From: a virus
Lineage: Duplodnaviria; Caudoviricetes
Length of the DNA: 64,000 nt
IMG/VR virus record: IMGVR_UViG_3300047375_000738
Direction: 5' to 3' (one strand)
In this document: positions 1-9,352 of the stretch, piece after piece
Numbering within the stretch: position 1 is the first letter of the stretch
Layout of the letters: each line of letters starts with the position of its first letter
Notes under the pieces: generated by a model
Seen by the model: only the letters and a program-made list of their open reading frames with translations
Databases searched by the model: none
What the model was told of the DNA's origin: nothing
Position numbers and translations under genes: made by a program

Positions 1-25
1 CCCGTGTTTCAAGTTTAACTGTCAT
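1..25 (-). CDS. 5' end of hypothetical protein running off the window
   Basis: ATG at 25 with GGAGAG SD and upstream sigma70 promoter. Confidence 0.4.
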
Positions 26-87
26 TTTGTCTCTCCATTTTGATTCGGTTAAGAATTGCGTAGGGCTGTTATGCTTCCTACTATTAA

Positions 88-116
88 GTTATAGCATAGT
101 TAAATGCTGTTGTCAA
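88..116 (-). promoter_or_regulatory. sigma70-type early promoter
   Basis: TTGACA-17-TATAAC with TG upstream of the -10. Confidence 0.75.
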
Positions 117-124
117 CCAGATAT

Positions 125-523
125 TTATCTTTGTGTCCATGCTAAGTGAGATAATTCATTTTTTTCTGCCCAGCGAATAAACAAACCAGGCTCACGTCCA
201 GTTGCTTCGATCTCACTAGGCTTATCCCAGTAGTCCATACCTTCTTCATTGGTCTGTGTTAGTGTACCTTCTTCGTACTGCTTCACATGGACTAGTTCGT
301 GTGCAAGTGTACACAACAATTCTCTTAGTTTTAGACTGCGTTTAAGATCAATTTCGTACTCACCTGCTTCAAGTTCAGTACAATACCCAAAGTTAGGATC
401 GTTTGACATATTCCTAAAGTTAATTTCAACAGTAGGATTTATGCCAAACTTCTCACAAACAAAATGGGCCATGCTGAAAGCATAGTATTGCTGTCTTGCG
501 CTGCCGCCGTTTACAGTAATCAT
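125..523 (-). CDS. zinc metallopeptidase-like protein
   Basis: LAHELVHVKQ HExxH motif with downstream E (PSEIEA). Confidence 0.65.
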   Translation of the reverse strand: MITVNGGSARQQYYAFSMAHFVCEKFGINPTVEINFRNMSNDPNFGYCTELEAGEYEIDLKRSLKLRELLCTLAHELVHVKQYEEGTLTQTNEEGMDYWDKPSEIEATGREPGLFIRWAEKNELSHLAWTQR

Positions 524-774
524 TGTGCCATCTCTATTAGTTTTAGTTTTAGCATTATAGCATTAACTGCATCAGGTGTCAATCCTGGAATAACATCGTC
601 GTCATCGTGTATTCCTGGCAACTGTACAAACATATCTTGATCAAAAACTGCTGCTTCGTACAAGGTCTTGCCTGGTAGTAAAACAACACTCAGCTGGTAG
701 TTGCCAAACTGTTGTTTCGCTTGGAAATGTCCAGTTCTTACTTCATCAAAAGTTAATGTGTTAAACAGTTTCAT
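520..774 (-). CDS. hypothetical protein
   Basis: start MKLFN after AAGGAGG SD and promoter. Confidence 0.7.
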   Translation of the reverse strand: MKLFNTLTFDEVRTGHFQAKQQFGNYQLSVVLLPGKTLYEAAVFDQDMFVQLPGIHDDDDVIPGLTPDAVNAIMLKLKLIEMAQ

Positions 775-799
775 CTTACCCTCCTTGTTTGTTACATAC

Positions 800-828
800 G
801 TTATAGCATAAAGATAGAGGGTTGTCAA
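800..828 (-). promoter_or_regulatory. sigma70-type early promoter
   Basis: TTGACA-17-TATAAC. Confidence 0.75.
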
Positions 829-829
829 C

Positions 830-1045
830 CTATAATCGTCGGGTAATACGCCCTTTTTCAAGATCATAAGGAGTCATTTCAACTCTTACATTATCTCCTG
901 CTACCATTCTAATTCGAAATTGTCGCATTTTGCCGCTTGTGTAGCAGATTACCATGTGTTTGTTTTCAAGTTCAACTTTAAACGTTTGGTTTGGCAAAAC
1001 TTCAATTATTGTGCCTTCAAATTCTAAGATACCTTCTTTAGCCAT
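830..1045 (-). CDS. infA: translation initiation factor IF-1
   Basis: [22 protein letters not shown]......SGKMR..RIR...GD.V.VE.TPYDL.KGRI matches IF-1. Confidence 0.95.
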   Translation of the reverse strand: MAKEGILEFEGTIIEVLPNQTFKVELENKHMVICYTSGKMRQFRIRMVAGDNVRVEMTPYDLEKGRITRRL

Positions 1046-1217
1046 TCTCTACCTTAGTTATAGATATGACTCCGCGTTCTATGTTTATCTTCAACGTGTC
1101 TCCTGGTTGCCATCCCATCTGCTCAGATATTTCAGGTGGAATATTCATTAATACGTTTTCAGGATCATCTTCGATATCTTCAAAGATTTCCTCAACTTTA
1201 TACTCTCTATTTACCAA
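1038..1217 (-). CDS. AbrB/MazE/SpoVT-like small DNA-binding protein (59 aa, TTG start, not in ORF track)
   Basis: own translation: ...[35 protein letters not shown]. Confidence 0.6.
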   Translation of the reverse strand: MVNREYKVEEIFEDIEDDPENVLMNIPPEISEQMGWQPGDTLKINIERGVISITKVENG

Positions 1218-1389
1218 AGTTATTCCTCCAAAACTGCTTTGCTTTTCCCATAAGATTCTTGGGCTCTACAGACACACCTCTGATAGCTGTGCTGTCGTTG
1301 TGCGTTGTATTTACAATTTCAACAGCATTGGCACTGCTATTTGCTTCAACAACATATGTTTTAGTATCTGTTTTAACTTTCCATTTCAT
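1207..1389 (-). CDS. hypothetical protein
   Basis: TAATG coupling to upstream gene. Confidence 0.6.
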   Translation of the reverse strand: MKWKVKTDTKTYVVEANSSANAVEIVNTTHNDSTAIRGVSVEPKNLMGKAKQFWRNNFGK

Positions 1390-2069
1390 TAGTTTTTCCA
1401 AAAATAAACACTAGTGCCTTTGCCGTTGGTATCCCCGCCATTGTTGTCAATGTCTAGGCCATCGTACTCGATGCTTTCAACTGTATCGTCGCCGTTCCAA
1501 TATTCGGTAGTATAAAATTTTAGTTTCTTAGGATCAAAACTGCCTACAGTTTCAATTATACCGTCAAAGAATGTACCTTTTTCACTGTTATAAACTTGCA
1601 TAACGTATGCTGGTTCGTCTGTTTCATCGTAACCCATTTCGACATCAAGTTCATTATCATCAACTAGTTCAGTTAAATCAACACCGTCAACTACTGTGTT
1701 AACAATACTTGATCCATATTCTCCATTTGCGAGCTCTTCAACTGTAATTCGAGCATGACTGTAGTCTACACCATTTTGATGTACTACTAGATTTTCTGCA
1801 TCATACCACATATGGTGATAGCTAGGATCTTCTTTGTCTGCTAAAAAATCCATCTTAGGATCAATTTCAATCTCGGTGTCTTCAGGATCAAGAATGTAGT
1901 TTACAACTTCGCCGTTGTCGTCTTCTGCCAAACTTTCCCAGTAGTCGTATTGATCTTTATTAAGTGAAAGATATCCAACTTCGCCACCGTATCCCCATAA
2001 TGATACTTGGTAATAACGTGGACCTTTTAATGTTTCTACTAATTCTTTGTTTTCTTCTGATGTTGACAT
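1389..2069 (-). CDS. acidic hypothetical phage protein
   Basis: long ORF, AGGAG SD, sigma70 promoter upstream. Confidence 0.75.
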   Translation of the reverse strand: MSTSEENKELVETLKGPRYYQVSLWGYGGEVGYLSLNKDQYDYWESLAEDDNGEVVNYILDPEDTEIEIDPKMDFLADKEDPSYHHMWYDAENLVVHQNGVDYSHARITVEELANGEYGSSIVNTVVDGVDLTELVDDNELDVEMGYDETDEPAYVMQVYNSEKGTFFDGIIETVGSFDPKKLKFYTTEYWNGDDTVESIEYDGLDIDNNGGDTNGKGTSVYFWKN

Positions 2070-2087
2070 TTTTTTCTCCTTTAGCTT

Positions 2088-2116
2088 ATTATATAGCACT
2101 ATTATTCGTTTGTCAA
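2088..2116 (-). promoter_or_regulatory. sigma70-type early promoter
   Basis: TTGACA-17-TATAAT. Confidence 0.8.
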
Positions 2117-2153
2117 GCATAAATAGATGTATAAGCAAAGCGTGAGGGCGCAC

Positions 2154-2432
2154 ATGGATTTTTTAAGTTTAGTAGGCGATGTAGGATTTCCAATAGCAGG
2201 ATCGATAGCAGCCGGCGGGTTTGTATTCCTAACATTGAAGTTTATACTTGCAGGAGTTACTGGCGGTGTAACTACACTAAAGAACATTATTGGACAATTG
2301 GATAATAGAGTACAGACAATGAATAACGATCTTGTTAAGATTGATGCATTACTTAGTTACGCACTAAACGTAAGACCAAACATAGATCGTATAGCAGCAA
2401 ACGAAGGAAAAGAAGATGCCCGAAGGGACTGA
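2154..2432 (+). CDS. membrane protein with TM plus coiled coil (paralog of 2611..2943)
   Basis: DVGFPIA, hydrophobic helix, LDNRVQTMNNDLVKID. Confidence 0.75.
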   Translation: MDFLSLVGDVGFPIAGSIAAGGFVFLTLKFILAGVTGGVTTLKNIIGQLDNRVQTMNNDLVKIDALLSYALNVRPNIDRIAANEGKEDARRD

Positions 2433-2610
2433 TGACAAAGGCAAGTTAGAACTTGCAGTAAGAATTTTAGGTAACGAACTAGTTGCTTTTAGAATGGACG
2501 TAGACGATTTCAAAATGAAATGGCTAGTTATGGGCGTAGTTGCTATAGTAGCACTAGGATGGACTGCCGGAGAGTTTGGTCCAGCACTCATAAACATGTT
2601 TGGAGAATAA
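2416..2610 (+). CDS. small membrane protein
   Basis: single C-terminal TM helix, operonic. Confidence 0.65.
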   Translation: MPEGTDDKGKLELAVRILGNELVAFRMDVDDFKMKWLVMGVVAIVALGWTAGEFGPALINMFGE

Positions 2611-2943
2611 ATGGAGTTTGATCTAGCCAAAGCAGTTAGTGACTATGGGTTTCCTATTATTGCTGCTATGGGTATGGGTTACTTTATCTATTTTATATGG
2701 AAATGGGTTACTGAAACAATTGATCCTGTTATAGGCGAAACAATGGGTACACTTATTAAACTAGTAGACCGTATTCGTATGCTAGACAACGATTTAATTA
2801 GACTCAATAGTAAACTCAGTATGGTACTTGAATATAGAGCCAAACTTAATCCCGCACGACAAGATGAATTACAAAGGTTAGTTGATGAATACAAACATTC
2901 TGCAGCAGAATCAGACACGACAGGCAAAGCGCCCAAAAAGTAA
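2611..2943 (+). CDS. membrane protein with TM plus coiled coil (paralog of 2154..2432)
   Basis: DYGFPII, TM helix, LVDRIRMLDNDLIRLN. Confidence 0.75.
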   Translation: MEFDLAKAVSDYGFPIIAAMGMGYFIYFIWKWVTETIDPVIGETMGTLIKLVDRIRMLDNDLIRLNSKLSMVLEYRAKLNPARQDELQRLVDEYKHSAAESDTTGKAPKK

Positions 2944-3043
2944 GTGTGAGAACTGTCATTGTGAATCACACTGTGACATAGAGTGTGCTTCGTGTGCCAA
3001 CGATGTTTGCCAGAATTGTAAATGCGAACTTTGTAAACAATAA
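2885..3043 (+). CDS. metallothionein-like Cys-rich peptide (52 aa, not in ORF track)
   Basis: own translation MNTNILQQNQTRQAKRPKSKCENCHCESHCDIECASCANDVCQNCKCELCKQ; 10 Cys and 2 His. Confidence 0.6.
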   Translation: MNTNILQQNQTRQAKRPKSKCENCHCESHCDIECASCANDVCQNCKCELCKQ

Positions 3044-3051
3044 ATACCAGT

Positions 3052-3309
3052 ATGAAAGTACACCTCGGAAGCTGTGAATATAAATGGACTCACGCAAACA
3101 CCAGCATGGAACAAATGTGGATCATGCGTAAAGTGGGTACTGAAACATATAAACAAGTTGAAGAAAACAACTGGAAATGGATACTAGAACACACTTCTAG
3201 TCGTACACTTCCTTCAGATATATATTGTTGTTGCAATATCTCAGTTGAAATGCCAGATACAAAAGAAGCAACACATTTTATAATAAAACATTCGGAGAAA
3301 GTAACATGA
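3052..3309 (+). CDS. hypothetical protein
   Basis: ORF directly after TAAATA. Confidence 0.65.
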   Translation: MKVHLGSCEYKWTHANTSMEQMWIMRKVGTETYKQVEENNWKWILEHTSSRTLPSDIYCCCNISVEMPDTKEATHFIIKHSEKVT

Positions 3310-3533
3310 TGTGGGTAGATTATACAATTGATAGCATTCCTGGCGGCAAAGGCTTTAAGGTCAAAGGCGACTGGGAAGGTGAAGTAATGGGAATTGACAA
3401 CAAAGGTAATAAAAAAGAAAACTGGTTATATCGACCCGGTGACGTTTTTATTGTAAATGAAAATGGGTGGCTTATCAAAACAGATGAAGTGAATGCATTA
3501 TTAATGAAGCACGAAACATCTAAAAATGATTGA
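3306..3533 (+). CDS. hypothetical protein
   Basis: overlapping operonic ORF. Confidence 0.65.
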   Translation: MMWVDYTIDSIPGGKGFKVKGDWEGEVMGIDNKGNKKENWLYRPGDVFIVNENGWLIKTDEVNALLMKHETSKND

Positions 3534-3897
3534 GATACTTTTCCTATTTGTACTATCTATTAAACACGCTTTTGCTGATATGTTTACACAAACATATATC
3601 AAACAACCTTTTACTAAACTTAAATATTTTGACAATGGACACAGACATTATCTACATCACGGATTGAGTAACTTTGCTGTGTGTTTATTTTTTGTATCGC
3701 CAACATGGGCTATAATTTACAGTGTATTTGATTACATTGCACATTGGCATATTGATTGGGGTAAAACAGTATTCTATACAAAATTTAATTGGCAGCGAAC
3801 AGAAAAGAGATTCTGGAGACTGCAATCATTAGACCAAATGCTGCATTACGCTACTGCATTTTTAATTGTGTGGCATGCTCATACTTACGTTTTATAA
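3526..3897 (+). CDS. DUF3307-like membrane protein
   Basis: KHAFAD..Q, H..LH, HWHID..K, DQ.LH motifs. Confidence 0.7.
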   Translation: MIEILFLFVLSIKHAFADMFTQTYIKQPFTKLKYFDNGHRHYLHHGLSNFAVCLFFVSPTWAIIYSVFDYIAHWHIDWGKTVFYTKFNWQRTEKRFWRLQSLDQMLHYATAFLIVWHAHTYVL

Positions 3898-4501
3898 TTT
3901 CAGCAACACTATCTGAACACATAGTTTCATAATGTGTATGTGCTACTTCAATGTGTTCCATATCTTCTCTATGCGTCATACTTGCTAGAGTACACACACC
4001 GTCATTAGGACCGTTGTGATAAGGTACACTACCTGTTGTAGTTACAATCTGTGTCCAAGGCATTTCTAGTTGCATTTCATTTGCTTCACGTATTGGATCG
4101 CTTTTACGTCCTATATCTCTAAACAGTGGATAACTTGGTACAATGTATTTTGCCCAGTCTGCTGTACTACTGCCTCTAAATGGCGTGCTTATACTTACAC
4201 CGCCTACTACTCTCACCCACTGTGTAAGATGTAGTGCGTACAATCCGCCCATGCTATGTCCTATTACAAAATGCGGACCCTTGCCCTTCACTGCATCAAC
4301 AATCATTTCAATGTTATCTTGAAAGCGATTCATGCTGCTATAGTTTATAGATATTTCATTGGTAAAGTTTGTTTGCATTTGCAAATACCTAAAGCTCAAA
4401 CTAGTTTGATTAGCACCGTGTAGCCAAATTACATTTATGTCATCTGTGGTGTGTTTTTCCGTGGCTGTAGAACCAAATAAGTTTCGTATATAATTGAGCA
4501 T
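3851..4501 (-). CDS. alpha/beta hydrolase
   Basis: LHG oxyanion motif, GHSMGG elbow, NDG..., H.HYE. Confidence 0.8.
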   Translation of the reverse strand: MLNYIRNLFGSTATEKHTTDDINVIWLHGANQTSLSFRYLQMQTNFTNEISINYSSMNRFQDNIEMIVDAVKGKGPHFVIGHSMGGLYALHLTQWVRVVGGVSISTPFRGSSTADWAKYIVPSYPLFRDIGRKSDPIREANEMQLEMPWTQIVTTTGSVPYHNGPNDGVCTLASMTHREDMEHIEVAHTHYETMCSDSVAEIIKRKYEHATQLKMQ

Positions 4502-4504
4502 ATA

Positions 4505-6550
4505 TTATTTACTTGTGGCTACAAAGATGCCATTCCAATCTGAAGGCAAATCCTGTGTTTTCATATATTCACAACGTTCAATCCACATATCGTAATACTT
4601 TTCCATCTTGTGATCAAAGTGTGTATACAACATCTTACACTTGTCTATAGCGTCATCAAAACGCTGCGCACGATAGTCTTCGTGCATTTGTTCATGTTTC
4701 TTCTGCGCACTACGCCATGCAGGATATGGCTTATCCAACACTGTGTAAATTTTAAGTCCTACACTTTTGCCTTTGACTTGCAAGTCATCTACTTTGAGGT
4801 AGAAGAAATCTGTTCTAGTTGCTTCGTATGTAGATTCTCCTACAAGTAACAAACACCCATACTCTTTACATTTGCTTTCTACTCTTGCTGCGGTGCTGAC
4901 AGCGTCTCCAAGGACATCATATGAATGACGTTTAGTACTTCCCATCTCACCAAGGTACCCCAGCCCTGTGTTGATGCCAGCGCCCATACCAACAGCAGGA
5001 CGACCATCAGGTATAATAACTTCTTCATTAAACTTCTCCACTGCTTTAAGCATGTCTAAGCCACACTGTACTGCTGTACGAGGATGGTTAGGATCATCTA
5101 TAGGCGCATTGTGTATGTGCATACTAGCATCGCCTATGTACTTGATTATCATTCCGTCTGACTCTAACACAGGTTCTGTAATAGCATCCATGTAGCCATT
5201 CATAATACGTGTGAGTCCTTGTACGTCATCTCCAAAACTTTCTCCTAGTGGTGTAAATCCACGCAAGTCTGAGAATACAATACTTACATTACGCTTAGTG
5301 CCCAGTTTAATAAGCTCTGGCGACTCCTGTAGTAGTCTAACCACTGTTGGTGATGCATAACCTTCGAATTGCTTTTTGATGGCTTGCTTTTGTAAGAACT
5401 CGTCGACGAACTTGACAATGTATCGTTTGAGCCCAACGAGCAAGATGAAAGCACTGATAACAGCGCCATCGATAAGAATATTTTGTGTATTGAAAACATA
5501 TATGCTCCCTCCTATAAACCCGCCCACGGACAACACAAAGAAGGCTATGCCTACAAATGTCCAACGGGCGAGTATGATTAACAAAACGCCGGCTGCAACT
5601 AGAGCTGCTAGTTCTGCCCACTGCTCTGCGTCTGGATGTCTGCTAATATTTGATTCATTAAACACTGTTCCTAGCATTGCTGCCTGTATTTCGTGTGGAA
5701 ATACACTGCCTGCTGCTGTTGCTAGTGGCTGTGTAAGCCCTGCTGCTGTTGGTCCTACAAACACTATACCGCCAGCAAAGTCATCTGGTAAGTCAACTGC
5801 GCTCACGCTTTTGCTGCGCTGACTCCAGTCTATCCATACTTCGCCTGTGGGGCTTGTTTGTATTATACCATATGCTGGTATGCGTAGTTTATCTACACCC
5901 ATAGGTGATAGTTTAATTTGGAAGCTAGGATCGCCTGCTAGTACACGTAGCACTTCCATAGTAACATTTGGATATAATGTACCACTAGATTCAACTACTA
6001 GAGGTATACGTCTAGTAACACCGTCTACTTCCGGCCAACTGTTTGTTATTCCACTACCTACTGCGTTGAATTCAATATCTGGTACATTTGCGATGATTCC
6101 TGGAACACTAGGAATAGTATAAAGAAAGTCGCTGTTAACAATAGTAGCGCCTGGATTGACTGGTTCATTTTTGTTGTCCTCCGCACCTAACATAGTAACT
6201 ATAACAGGTAATTGCTGCATTGTCAAGCCTAATGTAGCATCTTCACCTGACCTGTCTTCTTCCGACATCAATACATTGAAAACCACTAGTCCAGCGCCTC
6301 TGGCATATAAGTCCTCTATAAGGCTACCATAATCACCTCTCGGCCACGGCCATTGTCCGTAAGCCTCTAAACTTGGTTCATCGATGTTCACTGTGTAAAT
6401 GTTGTTTTCAACAGGTTGTTGATTTACAATAAGTGTATCAAAGTAGCGTAGTCGTATGCTTTCTATAAATGCTGGATTAAGATAGTATACATAACTCAGC
6501 ACACCTAATAATAAAACACTCCAAAGCGGGCTGAACAGTACTTTTCTCAT
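4505..6550 (-). CDS. CHASE2-domain class III adenylate/guanylate cyclase
   Basis: CHASE2 motifs (IDEPSL..YGQWPWPR, EVDGVTRR), 3 TM helices, FSDLRGFT, KYIGDA, GINTG, GDAVSTAARVES. Confidence 0.9.
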   Translation of the reverse strand: MRKVLFSPLWSVLLLGVLSYVYYLNPAFIESIRLRYFDTLIVNQQPVENNIYTVNIDEPSLEAYGQWPWPRGDYGSLIEDLYARGAGLVVFNVLMSEEDRSGEDATLGLTMQQLPVIVTMLGAEDNKNEPVNPGATIVNSDFLYTIPSVPGIIANVPDIEFNAVGSGITNSWPEVDGVTRRIPLVVESSGTLYPNVTMEVLRVLAGDPSFQIKLSPMGVDKLRIPAYGIIQTSPTGEVWIDWSQRSKSVSAVDLPDDFAGGIVFVGPTAAGLTQPLATAAGSVFPHEIQAAMLGTVFNESNISRHPDAEQWAELAALVAAGVLLIILARWTFVGIAFFVLSVGGFIGGSIYVFNTQNILIDGAVISAFILLVGLKRYIVKFVDEFLQKQAIKKQFEGYASPTVVRLLQESPELIKLGTKRNVSIVFSDLRGFTPLGESFGDDVQGLTRIMNGYMDAITEPVLESDGMIIKYIGDASMHIHNAPIDDPNHPRTAVQCGLDMLKAVEKFNEEVIIPDGRPAVGMGAGINTGLGYLGEMGSTKRHSYDVLGDAVSTAARVESKCKEYGCLLLVGESTYEATRTDFFYLKVDDLQVKGKSVGLKIYTVLDKPYPAWRSAQKKHEQMHEDYRAQRFDDAIDKCKMLYTHFDHKMEKYYDMWIERCEYMKTQDLPSDWNGIFVATSK

Positions 6551-6837
6551 TTTTTAATTCCTAACAACTTTGCTTTCATTGCGGCCGCAGAGGGCGACTC
6601 TTGTGGTTTGGATTCGGCACTCCCCGTTCGTACTCTACTACTGGGTTGTAGTTTGGAGGGTGCTTCTTGCGAAATCCCCGATGAGGTATTATTAAGCGTT
6701 TCTCTGACTCGGGCAATTCTTGCTTTGTGTTCTTGTTTGCGCTGGTGAAGGTAGGCTTCAAGTAATTTCTCCTGAAACTTTTCCTCCACCATATTTTCTA
6801 TATGTTCTTTGAACAACCATTCGCTTATCCATTTCAT
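6547..6837 (-). CDS. hypothetical protein
   Basis: TAAATA-4-ATG start, overlaps cyclase start. Confidence 0.65.
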   Translation of the reverse strand: MKWISEWLFKEHIENMVEEKFQEKLLEAYLHQRKQEHKARIARVRETLNNTSSGISQEAPSKLQPSSRVRTGSAESKPQESPSAAAMKAKLLGIKK

Positions 6838-6849
6838 ACAGTATTTATT

Positions 6850-8847
6850 TTAGAACTTCCAAGTAAACCCTGCGTTTACAGTTGTACTTGTATTATCGCC
6901 TGCTGTAATTCTGTTAACACCGGCTGCAATACCTATGTTTTCATTAATAGCATGATTTACACCTAAACCTATACGAGTTGTTCCTGCATCGTCAAAATCT
7001 CTAGCAATATTTGCTGTTACTATATCGTTGTCAATATTGATACCAATTGTAGGATAACGATATGTTTCGCTGTTGCCTGCATCTAGTAATGCTGCTTGAA
7101 CATCGCCAGTCTCAGCAAATGCATCGTGACTTTTTGTACCAATAGTATATCCAGCAAACGGACGAACTATACCAGTTGATTTTTCTACTGTAACTGTTGC
7201 CCATCTATCGCTTGAAGTAGTAGATCCCATTGCACTAAAGTCTCCAATAGTTCTATTGTACTCTAAGTCTGTGTTTGCAGCATTTACCTGTCCTCGAACT
7301 GTAATATCGCTGTCATCAATATGTTTACCTGCACTTAAACTTAATACTGTTGTAGACATGCTACCTGTACTACCTTCACCAGTTATATCTGTTGTAATAC
7401 GATTTATACCTAAACCAATAGTCATACTATTATCAGTCACAGCATTATGTCCTAATCCAAACACTCGAGACTCAGCACTATATCCGTTACTCATATCATG
7501 GTTAATACGTCCTGCTGTAAATCCATCACCTATACCTACGCTGCTATGTGGACGCAATGTTAACATTTGATCCATTTGATCCATACGTCCTGTAAATGCA
7601 CCTGGATCTGTAACGGTTACAACATCATCTGCTCTACTTGCTGTAGTGACTGTTGGTGTAGCGTCTGTAACAACTTCGCTACCATCACTCATTGTTGCTG
7701 TAGTTCTAACAAAACTAGTTGTAGTGATTGTCATTGGTGTTGTTACTGTTGTAGTTGTTTCTCTAGCAATAGTTTGTACACCTTCTGCTACACTGCTATC
7801 GTGTGTTGTTTGTGCTGCTGTAAGTACTGGCAACGCTGTATTAACTGCTTCACTACTGCTGGTAATAGTTTCTGTACTTGTACTAACTACTGTAGGTTCT
7901 GCTGCGCCATCTGCTGCGTCTGTAGCACTACCAACATCTTCTAATGTACCCCAACTACTGATGTCACCACCGCCACCTGCGCCTGCTGTAATAGCAGCAT
8001 CGGCAGCATCAAACGCACTTGGTCCAAATATGTATGCGTAACTTGCTGTAAGTATATCGCCTGTGCTTACATCGGCCCAGTTCCAACTTAGTCCAATAGT
8101 GTTGTCGCCTCTGTTTGTGTTTGACTCAGAGTCAAAAGAATTTTCTGTATAACCATCTGCCTCTGTTGACCAGCCTGTAATACCTGCATCAACATTAGAG
8201 TCTGTAGAATAAAGTCCTAACGCATAGCGTGATACTGTTGCTTCTGCAAATGCTACATTACTATCTGGAATAACACCATAACCTAATACGTTGTCTGTAG
8301 CACTTGTGTCGCCAGTTTCTGGCATAGCATCTGGATCAATAAAGCGTCCAAAACTTAGTGCGGTAGCATCACTGCCTGCTGTAATCTGTGTGCCGATCTC
8401 AATGTGTTCTGATGTAGCACCTAAAGTATATGTGTTTTCTATTTCCCAACCACTGTGTGCTGAATTTGTACCAGTCCAAGTAAGTGAATTATCACCGTTT
8501 GTTAAACCATCTGCATCTACCCAAGTACTTCCGCCTTGGTTATTATTTTTGCTGTTAGTACCATCTATCTTGATAGCAAAGCCATCAAACGGTGAACCTG
8601 GTGTTAGGTAGTCGCCTTGTGCGCTATCTGCTGGAAATGTGCCTGAACCTGTGCTGTCAAACTGTAGTCCTGGACGAGTGCTTCCTCCTGATCCAAAAGT
8701 ACCTGCGTCACCATTGACTCCGGCTTTTACATAACTGTTTTCAAGTATACCCATGCCTGTTGCTGTTGTACTCATGCTACTCGTATCTGCCAATGCAGTA
8801 GTACTAAGTAGTGCTGCCATTATACTGGCAATCGCTATTCTTTTCAT
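6850..8847 (-). CDS. autotransporter-like outer-membrane protein
   Basis: signal peptide, passenger region, Thr-rich linker, about 250 aa amphipathic beta C-terminus ending GFTWKF. Confidence 0.7.
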   Translation of the reverse strand: MKRIAIASIMAALLSTTALADTSSMSTTATGMGILENSYVKAGVNGDAGTFGSGGSTRPGLQFDSTGSGTFPADSAQGDYLTPGSPFDGFAIKIDGTNSKNNNQGGSTWVDADGLTNGDNSLTWTGTNSAHSGWEIENTYTLGATSEHIEIGTQITAGSDATALSFGRFIDPDAMPETGDTSATDNVLGYGVIPDSNVAFAEATVSRYALGLYSTDSNVDAGITGWSTEADGYTENSFDSESNTNRGDNTIGLSWNWADVSTGDILTASYAYIFGPSAFDAADAAITAGAGGGGDISSWGTLEDVGSATDAADGAAEPTVVSTSTETITSSSEAVNTALPVLTAAQTTHDSSVAEGVQTIARETTTTVTTPMTITTTSFVRTTATMSDGSEVVTDATPTVTTASRADDVVTVTDPGAFTGRMDQMDQMLTLRPHSSVGIGDGFTAGRINHDMSNGYSAESRVFGLGHNAVTDNSMTIGLGINRITTDITGEGSTGSMSTTVLSLSAGKHIDDSDITVRGQVNAANTDLEYNRTIGDFSAMGSTTSSDRWATVTVEKSTGIVRPFAGYTIGTKSHDAFAETGDVQAALLDAGNSETYRYPTIGINIDNDIVTANIARDFDDAGTTRIGLGVNHAINENIGIAAGVNRITAGDNTSTTVNAGFTWKF

Positions 8848-8901
8848 ATTTTACCCTCATTGTTTGGATGCCGGTTGCGCCCTCACGCCGCGGTCCACAC
8901 T

Positions 8902-9243
8902 CTATTTAAGCCTAATCTCTACTCCTAAAACTACGCCGATATCTTCACTTTCTATGCCTGGTGCTATAAACATTCTCATTTTACCTATGTCATATGTGCC
9001 TCTAATATAAGGAGTAAGCGAGCCATTGTTGTAGCCTGTTACAAATGCAGCTTCAAAACCAAAATTGTTTATTTCTTGTCGATGTCCTGCATATACGCTT
9101 AAATTTTCTACACTATTATAATAGGCGCCTGTAATAAATTTTTCATGTGTGTATCTTAGGTGTGGATGAAAAGCGTTATATTTTTCATCAAATCCAATAT
9201 GGCTACTGAGTCCTAAACTAATCGTTAGTGCTTCTAATATCAT
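8902..9243 (-). CDS. small outer-membrane beta-barrel (PagP-like phage family)
   Basis: N..HPHLRY, GAYYNS, S.YAG, TGY motifs; terminal beta strand. Confidence 0.55.
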   Translation of the reverse strand: MILEALTISLGLSSHIGFDEKYNAFHPHLRYTHEKFITGAYYNSVENLSVYAGHRQEINNFGFEAAFVTGYNNGSLTPYIRGTYDIGKMRMFIAPGIESEDIGVVLGVEIRLK

Positions 9244-9352
9244 CTTGCTTTTCCTCGTAATGAGTGTCTATTTTGGTTGTTAACTTTTCAGCAGCCCACC
9301 AACCAAATGCTGTAAAAAATCCTGCTATGAAAAATGTCAATACAGTTTCCAT
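9218..9352 (-). CDS. 44-aa membrane peptide
   Basis: TAATG-coupled to curlin-like gene; one TM helix. Confidence 0.55.
   Translation of the reverse strand: METVLTFFIAGFFTAFGWWAAEKLTTKIDTHYEEKQDDIRSTND

Noticed and set aside
4610-8611. Several plus-strand ORFs over the cyclase and autotransporter
   Set aside because: Shadow ORFs from codon bias; no motifs or RBS
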